Assembly: GCF_018977255.1 (NCBI RefSeq)
Contig: NW_024704742.1
Span: forward strand, 48,362,001-48,426,000
From: Callorhinchus milii
Lineage: Eukaryota
Reading direction: 5' to 3'
DNA length: 64,000 nucleotides
Positions 24,591 through 37,890 of this stretch are shown here, piece by piece. The notes under the pieces were generated by a model, which saw only the letters and a list, made by a program, of their open reading frames with translations, had not been told where the DNA came from and searched no databases. Each line of letters begins with the position of its first letter. Positions within the stretch are counted from its first letter, which is position 1. Made by a program: the position numbers and the translations under genes.

Positions 24591-26315
24591 CTTGGACATA
24601 AAGAGAAATAATTCATAATTGTTATACCTCCCTTCTGTTGACCACCCAAAACTCAGAAATTTTGAAAATACAATGCGCATATAGATGGAATGAGGAATGT
24701 TACTTTTACACCTACCTCTAAAAAAGGTGTTTTTTTTAGATTTAGTGTATTAAATAATTTGTTTTGGATTTCGGATTTAGGTGTTAGACAGAAAGCACAC
24801 AATTCTGATATTTTTCTCATCAGCTACATTTCCCCCAGTCCTGGCTACATTTCTAACATCCCCCAAATAAAATCAGTTATCCCCCAAATAAAATCAGTTA
24901 TTCACTTCATTGATGTTTGTGGGACATTGTGTGCAAATTGGCTGCCATGATCACCACAAAACCACAGCTTTTTACTGCACTTTTACAGTACATCTTGTGA
25001 AGCCTTTTGGGATGTCCTCCCGAAATGAAATGGGCTATACCAAATATAAAGATTATTGTTAGAATTATTATAATATGGAATGATCATAAAATAAGTAGTG
25101 TAAGGAATAGAGGTCTATCCTTGTGTATTTTGAGTACAAATGCTGGGTGACCCTGTTACAATGTGCCCTAGTTGAGAATTGGCTCGCTTATATATTGGCC
25201 GCTTTCGAAGTCATCAGAAAGCCTCAGATATGACTTATTTCGTGCACAGGAAGCACTGCTGACATTACTTCCTGTGCAGTATGTGCCTGGCACTTTCTGT
25301 GCATGTGCACAACCCGCAAGAAGTAAAGTCAATGGAGGCTACAACAATTTGCATTGATTTGGATACTTATAAACATGGTGATGGGATAATGCATATCAGA
25401 CACCAAGTTGATCAAAACTTTTTTTAACTTTCAGTGTTGCCTTACACAAAAGCAAATAAAGGCATAATTTTTTGGGGGTACGGGGGTATCTTTTTATGAG
25501 GAATTATCTTGAAGTTTACTGTAAAATCTGTGTGAATGCAGCTCACAATTTAGTGAGTGACTTGGGCAGATTCATATGGTCATGGTATAGAAAAAGGTAA
25601 CTTAATTTTCTGACTTTGAATGTCAGAAGTGAGGGTGGCGCATTATGTACTTGATGAATTTGCTTCAACTTTGAAGGTTGAATGATCTATTCAGTGCAAT
25701 GGTATAGAATGGTTGGTTGGTTGGTCTAGTCACTATGACCGGATTGTGGAATTTAATCAACATTTGTCATAAATTTGACCTGCATTTTTGCCTTCAGCAA
25801 GCAGGAACTGTTGCTATGCTGATAAATCGGTCAACCTACCATTTAGCATGTTTCTTCACTCTTGCCAAAGCTGCCAATTGAAATATTCAAATGGTTGCCG
25901 GGACACAGCTGGGGATTGTTCAGGTTTAAGAAGTGCCAAAGCCAGCAATGAGTAAGAAAGCAGTAAATCTGGTTGAACAGATAATGAGGTTTGTCTTTGC
26001 AGTTCCCTTCAAATGCCAGTTGAGGACACAGCTAAAATTCTGCTTCATTGAAAATGCGAGACATTGAAAACTGTCAAATGGAGAGGTAACTAGGATGTTA
26101 GTTCTTAATATATAGGAGCAAATCTTGGCTTTTATGTAAAAGTGCTGCAAAAGTTATAGTTTGGTTTAGTATTGTAGCTGATATTCCTCCCAATTAATTT
26201 ATTTTGTATTTTTTGGAAACAACTGTATTTCCTGACACTACTGGTGGCAATGAAACCATTTTTGGGGGGATTGTGGGGTCCGGCATGGCAATTGCTAAAA
26301 AAAATTGGATCATGC

Positions 26316-26692
26316 AAGCAACAACACCATTATACTGTATAGCGCCTTTCACGTCGGGAGGACATCCCAAAGCCCTGGCCAATCAGTGTACCGGACCCGA
26401 GCTGGGGGTCAGAATCAGAGGGGGTGGAGAGTAGGGGGGGGAAGGAGGGTGACTGAAGGCACGGTCGAAGTGGAGGGTCTTGAGATTGTTGTTGAAGGAG
26501 GTGAAGGAGGGGGCGAGACGGAGGGACTGCAGGATAGAGTTCCAGAGGGTGGAGGCACTGCGTCAAAAGGCCCGCCCGCCAATGGTGGGCCGGGTGAGGC
26601 TGGGGGCATGAAGCAGGCTGGAGCCCACTGAATGGAGGGAGTGGGCAGTTTGGTAGGGGATTAGAAGGTCACAGAAGTAGGGGGGAGCAAGG
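26316..26692 (-). mobile_element. L2 3' fragment
   Basis: L2 C-terminus and UTR, stem-loop and (TTG)n tail on the minus strand. Confidence 0.88.
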
Positions 26693-27049
26693 CACTTAAT
26701 AATGTTAAGACCTAGATTCTGTTGTTTTCTTTAAGAACATGAAGGTCTCAAAAAAGCTTCACTATTTACACCATTTAATCAAATCCTTTTGTTTATTACA
26801 TTTTGTTTGTGGAAAAGACATGCATTTGTTTTCTGCTTTCACGAATATGTAAAATATCCAGCATTACACATTTTGTTTATAAATGCTTTGATACAAAACT
26901 AAATCAAACAATTGAATGTATTAAATAGCTAATTACAAGTATTTTAAAAATATATCTGGTCTGGTGAACAAAAAAAACAACTTTAAATAAGAAAAGTAGT
27001 GTGAGAGTGCTTTGAATGTATTGGGTATTTTTCAGCCAAATCTTATTCA

Positions 27050-28216
27050 CAAGATTCCGTGCCACCCACAGCACAGAAACAGCTTTGGTCAAAGTGACAA
27101 ATGAGTTTTTGTCCATTTGCGACCAGGGCTGCCTTTGCCTCCTCGTCTTCCTTGATCTTTCCGATGCTTTCGATACCATTGACTATATCCTCTTCCACTG
27201 CCTCTCCACTCACCTCAACTTTCATGGTTCTGTCCATGAATGGTTCCGATCCTACCTCTCAGACCGTCTCCAGTCCACAAACGGTTTCTCCTCTAGGCCC
27301 TGCACTGTCTTGTGCTGTGTTCCTCAGGGCTCTGTCCTTGGTCCCCTCCTCTTCAATATCTATATGCTCCCTTTTGGTGACATCATCTGCAGACACGGAG
27401 TCCACTTCCATATATTTGCGGATGACACCCAACTCTACCTACATGGATGTACACTCCACCTCACTGAGCCAGTCCGGAACCTTGGCGACCCTCTTGTTTG
27501 ACCCTCAACTATCCTTTCTACCCCACATCCGTGCCATGACCCGTGTGCCTTCCCTTACCTCTGCAGCACCGCCTGGCTCCGCCACTGTCTCACACCGCAG
27601 GCCACCGAAACCCTCATATTCGCATTCATAACTTCCAGGCTTGACTATGCAAACTCCGTGCTTGTCAGCCTCCCCAACTCCTCCCTCCATAGGCTGCTGA
27701 TCATCCAGAACTCTGCATCAGGCTCTGAGTCCCTATCACCCCCATCCTCGTCCGACTCCACTGGCTTCCCATCACACAGAGGATACAGTTCAAGATCTTG
27801 GTCCTCACCTTCAAAGCTTTCCATTTCCTTGCTCCCACCTATCCCTGTGACCTCCTAACCTCCAACCAACCTGGTTCCCTCCGCTCAGCGGGCTCCGTCC
27901 TGCTTCACGTCTCCAGCCTCACCTGCGAGCCTTCATCCACTTTGCCCCACCCATCCTGTTTTACTCCATTTGTTTACTTTTTTACCTATCCATTTACACC
28001 ATCCCACAGTTTCTCTGCCTCGCCGCCTCCCTTGCCTCCTTCAAGACCTGTCTCTAGACCATCCTCTTCGACCATGCCTTCGATCACCCTCCTTCCCCCC
28101 ACTGCCCTCCACCCTCCCCCAACTCGGGTTCGAATAACCGATTGCCCTGCGCCGTGGGATGTCCTCTTGACGTGAAAGGCGCTATACAAATGTAATTTTG
28201 TTGCTGTTTTTGTTGT
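27050..28216 (+). mobile_element. L2 LINE, truncated and frameshifted
   Basis: FRATHSTETALVKVTN, FLDLSDAFDTID, VPQGSVLGP, FADDTQLY, VRNLG, SRLDYAN; ends in stem-loop and tail. Confidence 0.95.
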
Positions 28217-28809
28217 AGTTAGGACTAAGAAGGCCCTTTGGCTGATCTGATCTCATCCTTCCAGAATACCCACTATCTTACCCACTCTGCCAGCCTTCCA
28301 TCACAGCATCAAGCTGTTTTTGAAACTAATCCAGTGTGCTGGCCACAAGCACGCTTCCTGGCAACATGGTCTAGTCATTAATTGACCTCTGTATTTAAAA
28401 TACACTTCCTGGTATCTGTTTTGAAATTGGCCCTTGCAACTCTAAATCTATGTCCTTTTGGTCTGACCAGAGCTTGAATCTGATGTCTGGAGATCTAAAG
28501 TAATCTACTAGTAATTTAGCCCAGCACCCATTTGCCTTTTCAGATTTCCAGCATCTGCAGTATTCTGCATTTTGATCCCATTTGCCTTGTTTATTGCTGC
28601 CTCACAATGTTGGCATAGTGAGCAATAAGTCAAGTTAGTTGGAGCATCCATTTTAAAATGAGTGATAATGAAGACTGGTAGAAGAGCATCATCAACTTGA
28701 ATTGGGATATGTTGCTCGCTAATATGTTAGAGAAGTCTCTGCAAATGTTTCATAAATACTTGATGCTGATTACATTTTCCATTTGGGTGGTTTGATTCCT
28801 ACATATATT

Positions 28810-31800
28810 AATCAAGATGACTTGAGAAGGGAATTCGAAGAGCTGGGATCCAAATTGAAGTTGAGATCATCGAAAGTGGTAATATCAGGACTACTGCCTA
28901 TACCATATGACAATTGGTACAGGAACAAACAAATTAAGGACTTGAACGCATGGCTAAAAGAGTGGTGCGGAACTCAGGGGTTTCTTTTTATGGGCCATTG
29001 GCACGAGTATTGGAGGAAACGAGAGCTCTTTCAGAGAAAAGGGCTGCATTTAAATCGTGCTGAGACAAATGTCCTACCTAAACAAATTAACAGGGAAATA
29101 AATAGGAAGTGGGGGGAATATATAAGTAAGAGAAACCATAAGTTAGCATTAGAAAAAGTAAAGATGACAGTGCAGAATAGCATGCCAGATAATAGGAATA
29201 TGTTAACTAGGGGTAAGAAGCTTGGCAAAGCAGATAAGGAATCAGAGAGTAGAGGAAATGGTAGGAAATTAAAAATGTTATATCTGAATGCGCGAAGGAT
29301 TTGGAATAAAACTAATGAATTAAAAGCACAGATCGACACATGGGTACGATCTAGTAGCCATCACTGAAACATGGTTACAAGGAGATCTAGGGTGGGAGTT
29401 AAATATTCCAGGGTTCTCAGTTTACAGGAAAGATAGGCACTGTGGGTGGGTAGCCCTGTTAATTAGGGATGAAATAAAAGCAGTGGAGAGGAAGGATCTG
29501 AAATCCGATGACCAGGAGGTCGAGACAATATGGGTGGAAATTTTTTTTAAAGGGCAGAAAATATTAATGGGAGTGGTTTATAGACCCCCAAACAACGATC
29601 ACAATATAGCACAGGGTATCAATCAAGAAATCAGTGGCGCATGTAGGAAAGGTAAAGCGATAATAGTGGGTGATTTCAATCTCCACATAGATTAGAAAAA
29701 CCAAATCGGCAACAGTAGGTCAGAAGAAGAGTTCATTGAGTGTATGAGAGAGAACTTTCTAGAGCAGCATGCCGAGGAACCAACTAGGGGCAGGCCATCC
29801 TAGACCTTGTTTTGTGTAACGAAACAGGGGTAGTTGGCAGTGTAGGTAGTAAGACTCCTCTGGGGCAGAGTGATCACAATATGATTGAATTCTGCATTAA
29901 GTTAGAGAGGGATATAGTTAAATCCGAGGCAAGTATTCTGAATTTAAATAGGGCTAATTTTGTAGGTATGAGGAAAGATTTAGGTAAAATAGACTGGAGA
30001 ATAAGATTAAGAGGTAAAAATGTAGACCAACAGTGGCAAATATTTAAGGATGTAGTGCAAAATTCTCAGCGGTCGCATATTCCCTTGCGGAATAAGAGTA
30101 CCACAGGGAAAGCAATTCATCCGTGGCTAACTAGAGCAGTTAGGGAAAGCATCAAATTAAAAGAAAAGGCTTATAAAACTGCCAAGAAAAGCAGCAAATC
30201 TGAAGATTGGAAGAATTTTAGAAACCAGCAAAATAAAAATAAAAAATTCATTAAGAGCGAGAAAAAGGATTATGAGGGTAAGCTAGCTAGGAACATTAAG
30301 TCTGATTGTAAAAGTTTTTACGGATATATTAAGGGGAATAGGCCAGTGAGGGTAAATGTAGGTCCACTTCAGTCAGAGACGGGAGAAGTTATAATGGGGG
30401 ATAAGGACATGGCAGAGTCCCTAAATGGGTGCTTTGCTTCTGTCTTCACCCTAGAAGACGCAACAAGTCTGCCAACAATAGAGATGCACCAAAGGGATAA
30501 GGACAGGGAGCAACTTAGGGAATTTTTTATTGGTGTTAGGGAAACTGTTAGCACTAAAAAGTGACAAATCCCCTGGTCCGGATGGCTTGCATCCCAGATT
30601 TTTAAAAGAGGTAGCTTATGAGATAGTGGAGGCCTTGTGTCTGATCTTCCCAAATTCTTTGGATTCTGGAACAGTCCCCATGGATTGGAAGATCGCAAAT
30701 ATCACACCACTATTTAAAAAAGGTGGAAATTTCAGCGCCTTGGGACGTCCTCCTGACGTGAAAGGCGCTTTATAAATGGAATCTTGTTGTTGTTGTTGGA
30801 AATTTCAGCGCCTTGGGACGTCCTCCTGACGTGAAAGGCGCTTTATAAATGGAATCTTGTTGTTGTTGTTGGAAAGGAAAAGATGGGGAACTATAGGCCA
30901 GTTAGTCTCACATCAGTGATGGGAAAAATTTTAGAATCATTGATTAAGGATGTGGTAGTGCGGTATTTAGAGGAGCACAATATAATTAGGCCAAGTCAAC
31001 ATGGCTTTACAAAAGGGAAGTCATGTTTGACAAATCTCATAGAGTTTTTGAGGATATTTCCAGTAAACTAGATAAGGGTGAATCAGTGGATGTGGTCTAT
31101 TTGGACTTCCAGAGGCCATTCGATAAGGTGCCGCATAAAAGGTTAGTCCCAAAGATAAGGGCCCATGGAATTGGGGGGAGCATATTAACGTGGATTGGGG
31201 AATGGTTAACGGGTAGGAAACAAGCGGGTCCTTTTCAGATTGGCGGGATGTGACTAGTGGAGTGCCTCAAGAATCAGTCCTTGGGCCTCAGCTATTTACC
31301 ATCTATATCAACGATCTAGATGAGGACATCGAAGTTAATATATCTAAATTTGCGGATGACACAAAACTAGGAGGAAGTGTCAACACAGAAGGTGACATTA
31401 AAAAAATGCAGCGCGACATAGATAGGTTACGTGATTGGGCAGGTAGGTGGCAGATGAAGTATAATGTGGGGAAGTGCGAAGTCATCCACCTCGGTAGCAA
31501 AAACAGTAGAGCGGGTTATTTTTTAGAAGGGGAGAGACTGGAATGTGTTGGCGTCCAGAGGGACTCGGGTGTCCTTGTACACCAATCACAGAAAGTTAGT
31601 CTGCAGGTGCAGCAGCAATTAGGAAGGCGAACGGTATGTTAGCATTCAGTATGAAAGGATTAGAGTATAAGAGTAGGGAAGTCTTGCTGCAACTGTATAG
31701 GGCCCTGGTGAGACCACACCTGGAATACTGTGTGCAGTTTTGGTCTCCTTATTTAAGGAAGGATGTACTTGCCTTGGAGGGGTGCAGCGTAGATTTACTA

Positions 31801-32243
31801 GGCTAGTGCCAGGGATGAAGGGGATGAGTTACGAGGATAGGCTGACCAATTTGGGCCTATATTCTCTAGAATATAGAAGAATTAGAGGGGATCTTATAGA
31901 AACCTATAAGATCATCAAAGGGCATGATAGAGTAGATAGTGGGAGGTTGTTTCCCCTGGTTGGAGAAACTAAAACCAGGGCTCACAACCTTAAAATCAGA
32001 GGCCAGCCCTTTCGCACCACCCTCAAAGGGTGGTGAATGTATGGAACTCACTACCCCCAAAGGCTAAAAACATATTCAAGACTGAGATAGATAGATTTCT
32101 TATTGCAAAAGGGATTAAGGGATATGGGGATAAGGCAGGGTTAGGTTATTAGCTGGAGTTAGATTAGAAGATCAGCCATGATTGAATGGCGGGGCAGGCT
32201 TGAAGGGCTGAATGGCCTACTCCTGCTCCTTTATCTTATGTTA
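28810..32243 (+). mobile_element. CR1-clade LINE, near full length but disrupted (ORF1 esterase-like part, ORF2 APE plus RT)
   Basis: SGNH-like VVISGLLP...LNAWLKEWC...GLHLN; APE motifs LYLNAR, ETW, YRPP, GDFN, SDH; RT motifs NYRPVSLTS, YLDFQ.PFDKV, GVPQESVLGP, KFADDTKLG; 3' end gaatggcctactcctgctcct. Confidence 0.95.
30725..30875 (+). mobile_element. Tandem pair of L2 3' ends nested in CR1 ORF2
   Basis: Two identical 73-bp units (30725-30797 and 30798-30870), bounded by GGAAA repeats. Confidence 0.92.
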
Positions 32244-33697
32244 ATCCTACCTATGCCAATATTATGAGCAGAAATGCTGGTGGGGGTGTTCTCTTGGCAA
32301 ATGTTCATTGTCTTGCAATGAATTAATTAAAAATCTGTAAAGCTTTTTTATATATAAAAGTTGTGGTTTGCATTTTTAATGCAAAATGTTCCCCTCTCTA
32401 AAGTTCTGGCATTTGCTGGCAGAATTGGGTCCCAGGGTTTAGCCAACAAATATGGTAATACCCACTCATCCAAATAGCTGTTCTTCCTATATTAACCTCA
32501 AAGGTGAATGTCAGCAGGTTTTTGAACTGTGTAGATATTTGGTGGAGCATGATCCGTTTCTTGCCCAATATCCACACACATTTTCAGCAAATATTAGAAC
32601 GCATGGGGGAAGGGGCATAGATATTAAAGATAATTGAGCACCTCAACTGCTTGCTTACAAACCCAGTATGGATTGGGAATCAAACCTTCTCATCTGTATA
32701 GCCTTTGTGCTGCACCTTTACAAATTGTAGCCATCTGGGAAAATTGAAGTTTCAGACTGAAACCTTTCTCCCTCTGCACCATGTTTGTTTAGAGTCCCCT
32801 TTCCCTTTAAGGATTGTTTTGGGGGTTTATCATCAACACTTTATTTTTTCCTGTAAACTTCTTGTGTATCCAAAATTAAATCCAAGCCAAACAAAACAAC
32901 CTTTTGGTCCTAAAGGATTAAGTTCCTTGAATATCTGTTTTCTGTTTTGGAATGCTACAACAGTACATTGATTACAAATGGACTAATAACTCGGCAACAC
33001 TAGTAATTACTCATGATGCCTATGTTATTCCCTATTGGCTCTGATGAAATTAGATTTAAAAACGCTTCCAAGCATAGAAGCTTCATTATGATTTCTTTCA
33101 GATTTTTCTTATCAACTCAGGACCAGGAAAAATAAATATTTCAAGATTTCATTCCTTTTCACTGTAAAGACTCAGGCTCCAGGGACAGCCACCTGCTATA
33201 TTACATATTGGAAAATAATGGAACCATAAATTTACTGCAACGTCACCATGGTCACAGTTACTATTTGAATGTGTCATAGTAAAATAATGATCAGAAATCA
33301 AGATTTCTGAAATTATCATGATGCAACTTACTCTGCTCAGCAAATATCAGTCTGCTTCATGTCTGTGATCTACCTCTGGGCTTTGTGCCATTCTATCTCT
33401 TTGACTTGGCTTTTGGTCACGGTTCCTCTTTTTCCACCCACACCACTACCAAAAGCTAAGGTGGCCTCCTCATGTGAAGGGCATTACATACATGTAAACC
33501 TGGGGTGTCCTCATGACTTGAAAGTCGCTTTCCAAATGTAATTTTTTTTGTTGTTATGATCTGTACTCCAAATCCATATTCAGAACCTCACATTGCTTGC
33601 TAAGCTATGGAAGGGCCACCTCAATCATAGGAGAAATTTGATTCTGGATTCAGCAATTGAGGAAAGGCCTTTTAGACCTCTGATTGATGTCTTCTGT

Positions 33698-36356
33698 GAG
33701 AATATTCCTGGCTATAATGTATTCAGGAGGGATAGGGAAGGAAAAAAAGGAGGGAGTGTGGCAATGTTAATCAAGGATACGGCTATAGCCGTGGAAGGGG
33801 TCGAAGTGCTGGAGGGCCCCAAAACGGAATCTATCTGGTTAGAGTTAAGGAACAAAAAAGGAGCTGTTATGCTGGTAGGGTTATACTATAGACCACCAAA
33901 TAGTGGGAAGGAAATGGATGAGCAGATCTGCAAGCAGATCTCAGACGATGCAAGGCCAATAGAGTCGTGATAATGGAGGACTTTAATTATCCCAACATAG
34001 ACTGGCAAAACAACAGCGCAAAGGGCAAGGAAGGGGAAAGATTCCTAAAATGCATACAGGACAACTTTCTTGATCAGTACGTTTCCAGCCCAACGAGGAA
34101 GGAAGCAGCGTTAGATCTAGTTCTGGGGAATGAAGTAGGGCAAGTGGAGCAGGTTTCAGTGGGAGAGCATCTGGGTAATAGTGATCATAACATCATTAGA
34201 TTCAGAGTGCATATGGAAAGAGACAAGGAACCTCTAAGGTGAAGATACTCAACTGGAAGAGGGCAAATTTCAGTGAGTTAAAAAGCGACCTAGCCAAGGT
34301 GGACTGGAAAGAAAGATTGGCAGGTAAAACAACTAAAGAGCAGTGGGACGTCTTCAAGGATGAGATAGCTCGGGGGCAGAATAACTACATTCCCACAAAA
34401 GGGAAAAGTAGGGCATCCAAACCTCCTTGGATGACGAAGGTAATTGTATCTAGAATGAAGCAGAAAAAGGGGGTGTATGACAAATGTCAAACCCAAGACA
34501 CAGAAGACAACCAAATAGAATATAGGAAGTGCAGAAGAGGTTTGAAAAAGGAAATAAGAGGGGCAAAAAGATGATACGAAAAAAGGTTAGCGGGTAACAT
34601 TAATGGGAATTCTAAAATATTTTACAAACACCTCAAGAAAAAAAGGTTAGTCAAAGGTAGGGAGGGGCCAATTAAGGACCAAGGCGGAAATCTTATTGTG
34701 GAGGCAGAGGGCATGGCTGATGTACTGAATGAGTACTTTGCATCTGTCTTCACAAAAGAAGTGGATGCACCAAATTCAGCAGTATCGGAGGAGAGGGTAG
34801 AGGAAATGGATAGGAAAGTATAAACAGAGATGAAGTACTGAAAAGGTTGACTGGGCTGAAGGTAGATAAGTTGTCTGGACAGGATGCAACCAAGGTTACT
34901 ATGGGAGGCACGGGTACAAATAGTGGAGGCTAAAATTTTTAAATCTTCGTTGGACACAGGAGTGGTGCCAGAGGACTGGAGAGTGGCCAATGTGATTCAC
35001 CTGTACAAAAAGGGACAGAAGGACAAACCTGGGAACTACAGGCCAGTCAGCCTAACATCAGTCATGGGGAAACTCCTGGAGACTATAATCCGGGACGAAA
35101 TAAATCGTCACTTAGAAGAATATGGGTTAATTAAGGACAGCCAGTCACAGATTTGTTAAAGGCAGATCTTGACTAACAAATCTATTAGAATTTTTCGATG
35201 AGGTAACGGAGAGGGTGGATAAAGGTAGTGCAGTTGATGTAGTTTATATGGACTTTCAAAAGGCATTTGACAAAGTGCCACATGAAAGACTTGTAAGAAA
35301 GATAGAAGCCCATGGTATAAAAGGGACAGTGGCAGCATGGATCCAGAACTGGCTGGGAGACAGAAAGCAGAGAGTTGTGGTGAACGACTGCTTTTCTGAC
35401 TGGAGGGAAGTGTACAGTGGCGACCCCCAGGGATTGGTATTAGGACCACTGCTCTTCTTAATATACATAAATGATCTGGACTTGGATATAGTAAGTACCA
35501 TTTCCAAGTTTGTGGACGACACAAAGTTAGGTAGGGGAGTAAACAGTGAGAAGGATAGCAGCCAACTGCAGGAAGACATAGACAGAATGGTAAAATGGGC
35601 AGACACATGGCCGATGAATTTCAATGTGGAGAAATGCGAGGTAATGCATTTTGGTAGAAAGAATGAGGGGAGGCAATATAGGCTGGTAATACAATCTTAA
35701 GGGGGGTAAAAAAACAGAGACTTGGGGGTTTCAGTAAATGAATACTTGAAGGTGGTAGGACAGGTAGATGAAGCTGTAAAAAAGCCATATGGCTTTATTA
35801 ATAGGGGCATAGAGTACAAGAATATTGCGCCCAGGTCTGGGCACCACACTATAGGAAGGATGTTAAGGCATTGGAAAGGGTGCAGAGGAGATTTACAAAG
35901 ATGGTACCAGGAATGAGGGACCTTGATTATGAGGAAAGGCACGAGAGGCTGGGATTATTCTCATTGGAGCAGAGAAGGTTATGAGGAGACCTAACAGGTT
36001 TTCAAAATCATGAGGGGATTTGATAGGTTAGAAAGGGAAAAACTGTTCCCACTGGTGGGTGTGTCAGTGACTCGAGGTCACAGATTCAAAATAGTATCTC
36101 AAAGAAACAGAGGGGAGGTGAGAAGAAATGTTTTCACGCAGCGAGTTGTTTGAATCTGGAAGGCATTGCCTGAAAGGGTGGTCGAGGCTGATTCGATAAC
36201 TACTTTTAAAAACGCGGTGGACGGGTATTTGAAGAGGCTTTGCAGGGTTATGGGGAAAGGGCTGGGGAGTGGGTTGACATTACATTGCTCTTCTCAAAGA
36301 GCCGGCACAAACTCGATGGGCCGAATGGCCTCTTTTTGTGCTATATGATTCTATGA
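33698..36356 (+). mobile_element. CR1-clade LINE ORF2 (second subfamily), 5'-truncated and disrupted
   Basis: IPGYNVFRRDR, YYRPPN, DFNYP, SDHN, NYRPVSLTS, YMDFQKAFDKV, KFVDDTKLG; 3' end gggccgaatggcctc...attctatga. Confidence 0.95.
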
Positions 36357-36699
36357 AGTGTTATTAGTTTTGCAGAACAGTTGAACCATTCCAGTTGGAA
36401 TTTTGTAACGCTAACACAATAGTATGCATCTGGGTGTTATTGGGCTGTTCATGGGCATGAATATCTTCAATAGCTTCATAATACCAGTACAAAATCTCTT
36501 CTAGGATGGTATTATTGAACAATAAGCATCTGCTTTGTGTGCTTGATGTGTTCCCAGTCTTTTTCAGAAACTGGCATATTGGTTTATTTTGGATCCAAGA
36601 ATGTTGCGTTGGACTACATTCTAGACTGAGAAACGTAGCAGTTAATTAGCAAAAGGATCTACGTGTTCAGGTTCATAATTCTTTTAAAAAATTAGGGCA

Positions 36700-37200
36700 C
36701 AGAAAGTGCAATAGGTTATCAAAAGACTAATGCAATGTTGGAATTTATTAGAAGGAAGCTGGAATACAAGATCCAGGAAGTGGTGTTACGGCTGTATAAA
36801 GCACTGGTCAATTCCCATTTGGAGTATTGTGTGTAGTTTTGGGCCATGATCTTCGAAAGTGGGGGGACAGGCTCAATAGGACAAATTGCCAACTCCTGTT
36901 CAATGTTCCTATAAATCCTTAAAGATGGGAAGGCAGGTGAAATAAGCTGTCAAGAAAGCAAATGAAATCTTAGGCATTATATGTAGGGGTATAGAATACT
37001 AAACCAGAGGTATTGGTAATGTTAAGTGCTCTGGGTTGCTATCCTATGCGAGAGGCACTATATAAGTGCAAGTTGTTGTTGCTAAACTTAGAAATCATTA
37101 GTTAGACACCAGTAAGAATATTGTCTAGTTTGGTCAGCCCGCTTTAGGAAGGAAATTCAGGCAATAGAGTGGGTGCAGAGCAGATTTACTGGGATAGTAT
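36700..37200 (+). mobile_element. Cluster of old CR1 C-terminal and UTR fragments
   Basis: NAMLEFI...EYK...LYKALV.HLEYCV-like text occurring twice, plus a CR1-type tail near 36870-36912. Confidence 0.65.
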
Positions 37201-37544
37201 CAACTTTGGCCTGTGAGCAAAGAGTGATAGCATATAGCTGGGTGCCGGTGACTACTATGAGGATCTTTGCATGGAAGTGCAGGTTGGAGAGAGCAGCAGT
37301 TAACAAAGGTTGAGGATGACTTTTAAGATAACAATGATATACTGCTTTTTTTTTGAAAAATGAGAAGCTTTCGGTGAAGTGTTTTGGTTTGAACTGGAGC
37401 AGGATACAAGATGGAATTGATTGATGCTTGCTTATGTTTCTGACTCCTTTTCTTTTCCCCCCCTGCCTCCCCCATAGAAATTACTTGGTTGAAGAGGAGG
37501 GTTGATCTACTCTCAGCCCAATGCCTGTTTCCTGTTTTCCTGTT

Positions 37545-37890
37545 AAGTTATCCTTATTACCACAACCGTTATAGTGCCTTTCATGTAAGCAAATGCCTCA
37601 AAAGGGTTAAAAGAAACAAAGTGGAAACTGAGTAAGGTGACAAGTGAGAGAGTATCAAATGGGAATTTTGAGGGATGATTCAGAGCGCTGAGGCAATTGT
37701 GAAATGGAGAAGTGGAGCAGGCCTGAATTCTTGCAGTGGAGGAAGTGGACAGAAGAGTGAGGTTGCTAGAGATTGAAGAGTAGGGGGGAAGCAAGGGATA
37801 GAGGTATTTGAAAATCAGAACTAGGATTTTGAAGTGTGTCTGCTGGGTAGCAAAGACTAAGTGGAGCCTGTTGAAGATCAGGTTGTTATC
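37545..37890 (-). mobile_element. Old L2 3' fragment (another at about 38645-39060)
   Basis: THFKILVLIFKYLY..., and in the second copy RLHCFTITHWINFKLVTLNYKSLHAL. Confidence 0.6.

Noticed and set aside
30725..30875. CRISPR-like or regulatory direct repeat
   Set aside because: Two identical units with no unique spacer, matching the L2 3' end, in a eukaryotic context.
28783..36356. Host genes encoding reverse transcriptase, endonuclease or esterase
   Set aside because: Fragmented by stops and frameshifts and ending in CR1 3' tails; these are decayed retrotransposons with no sign of domestication.
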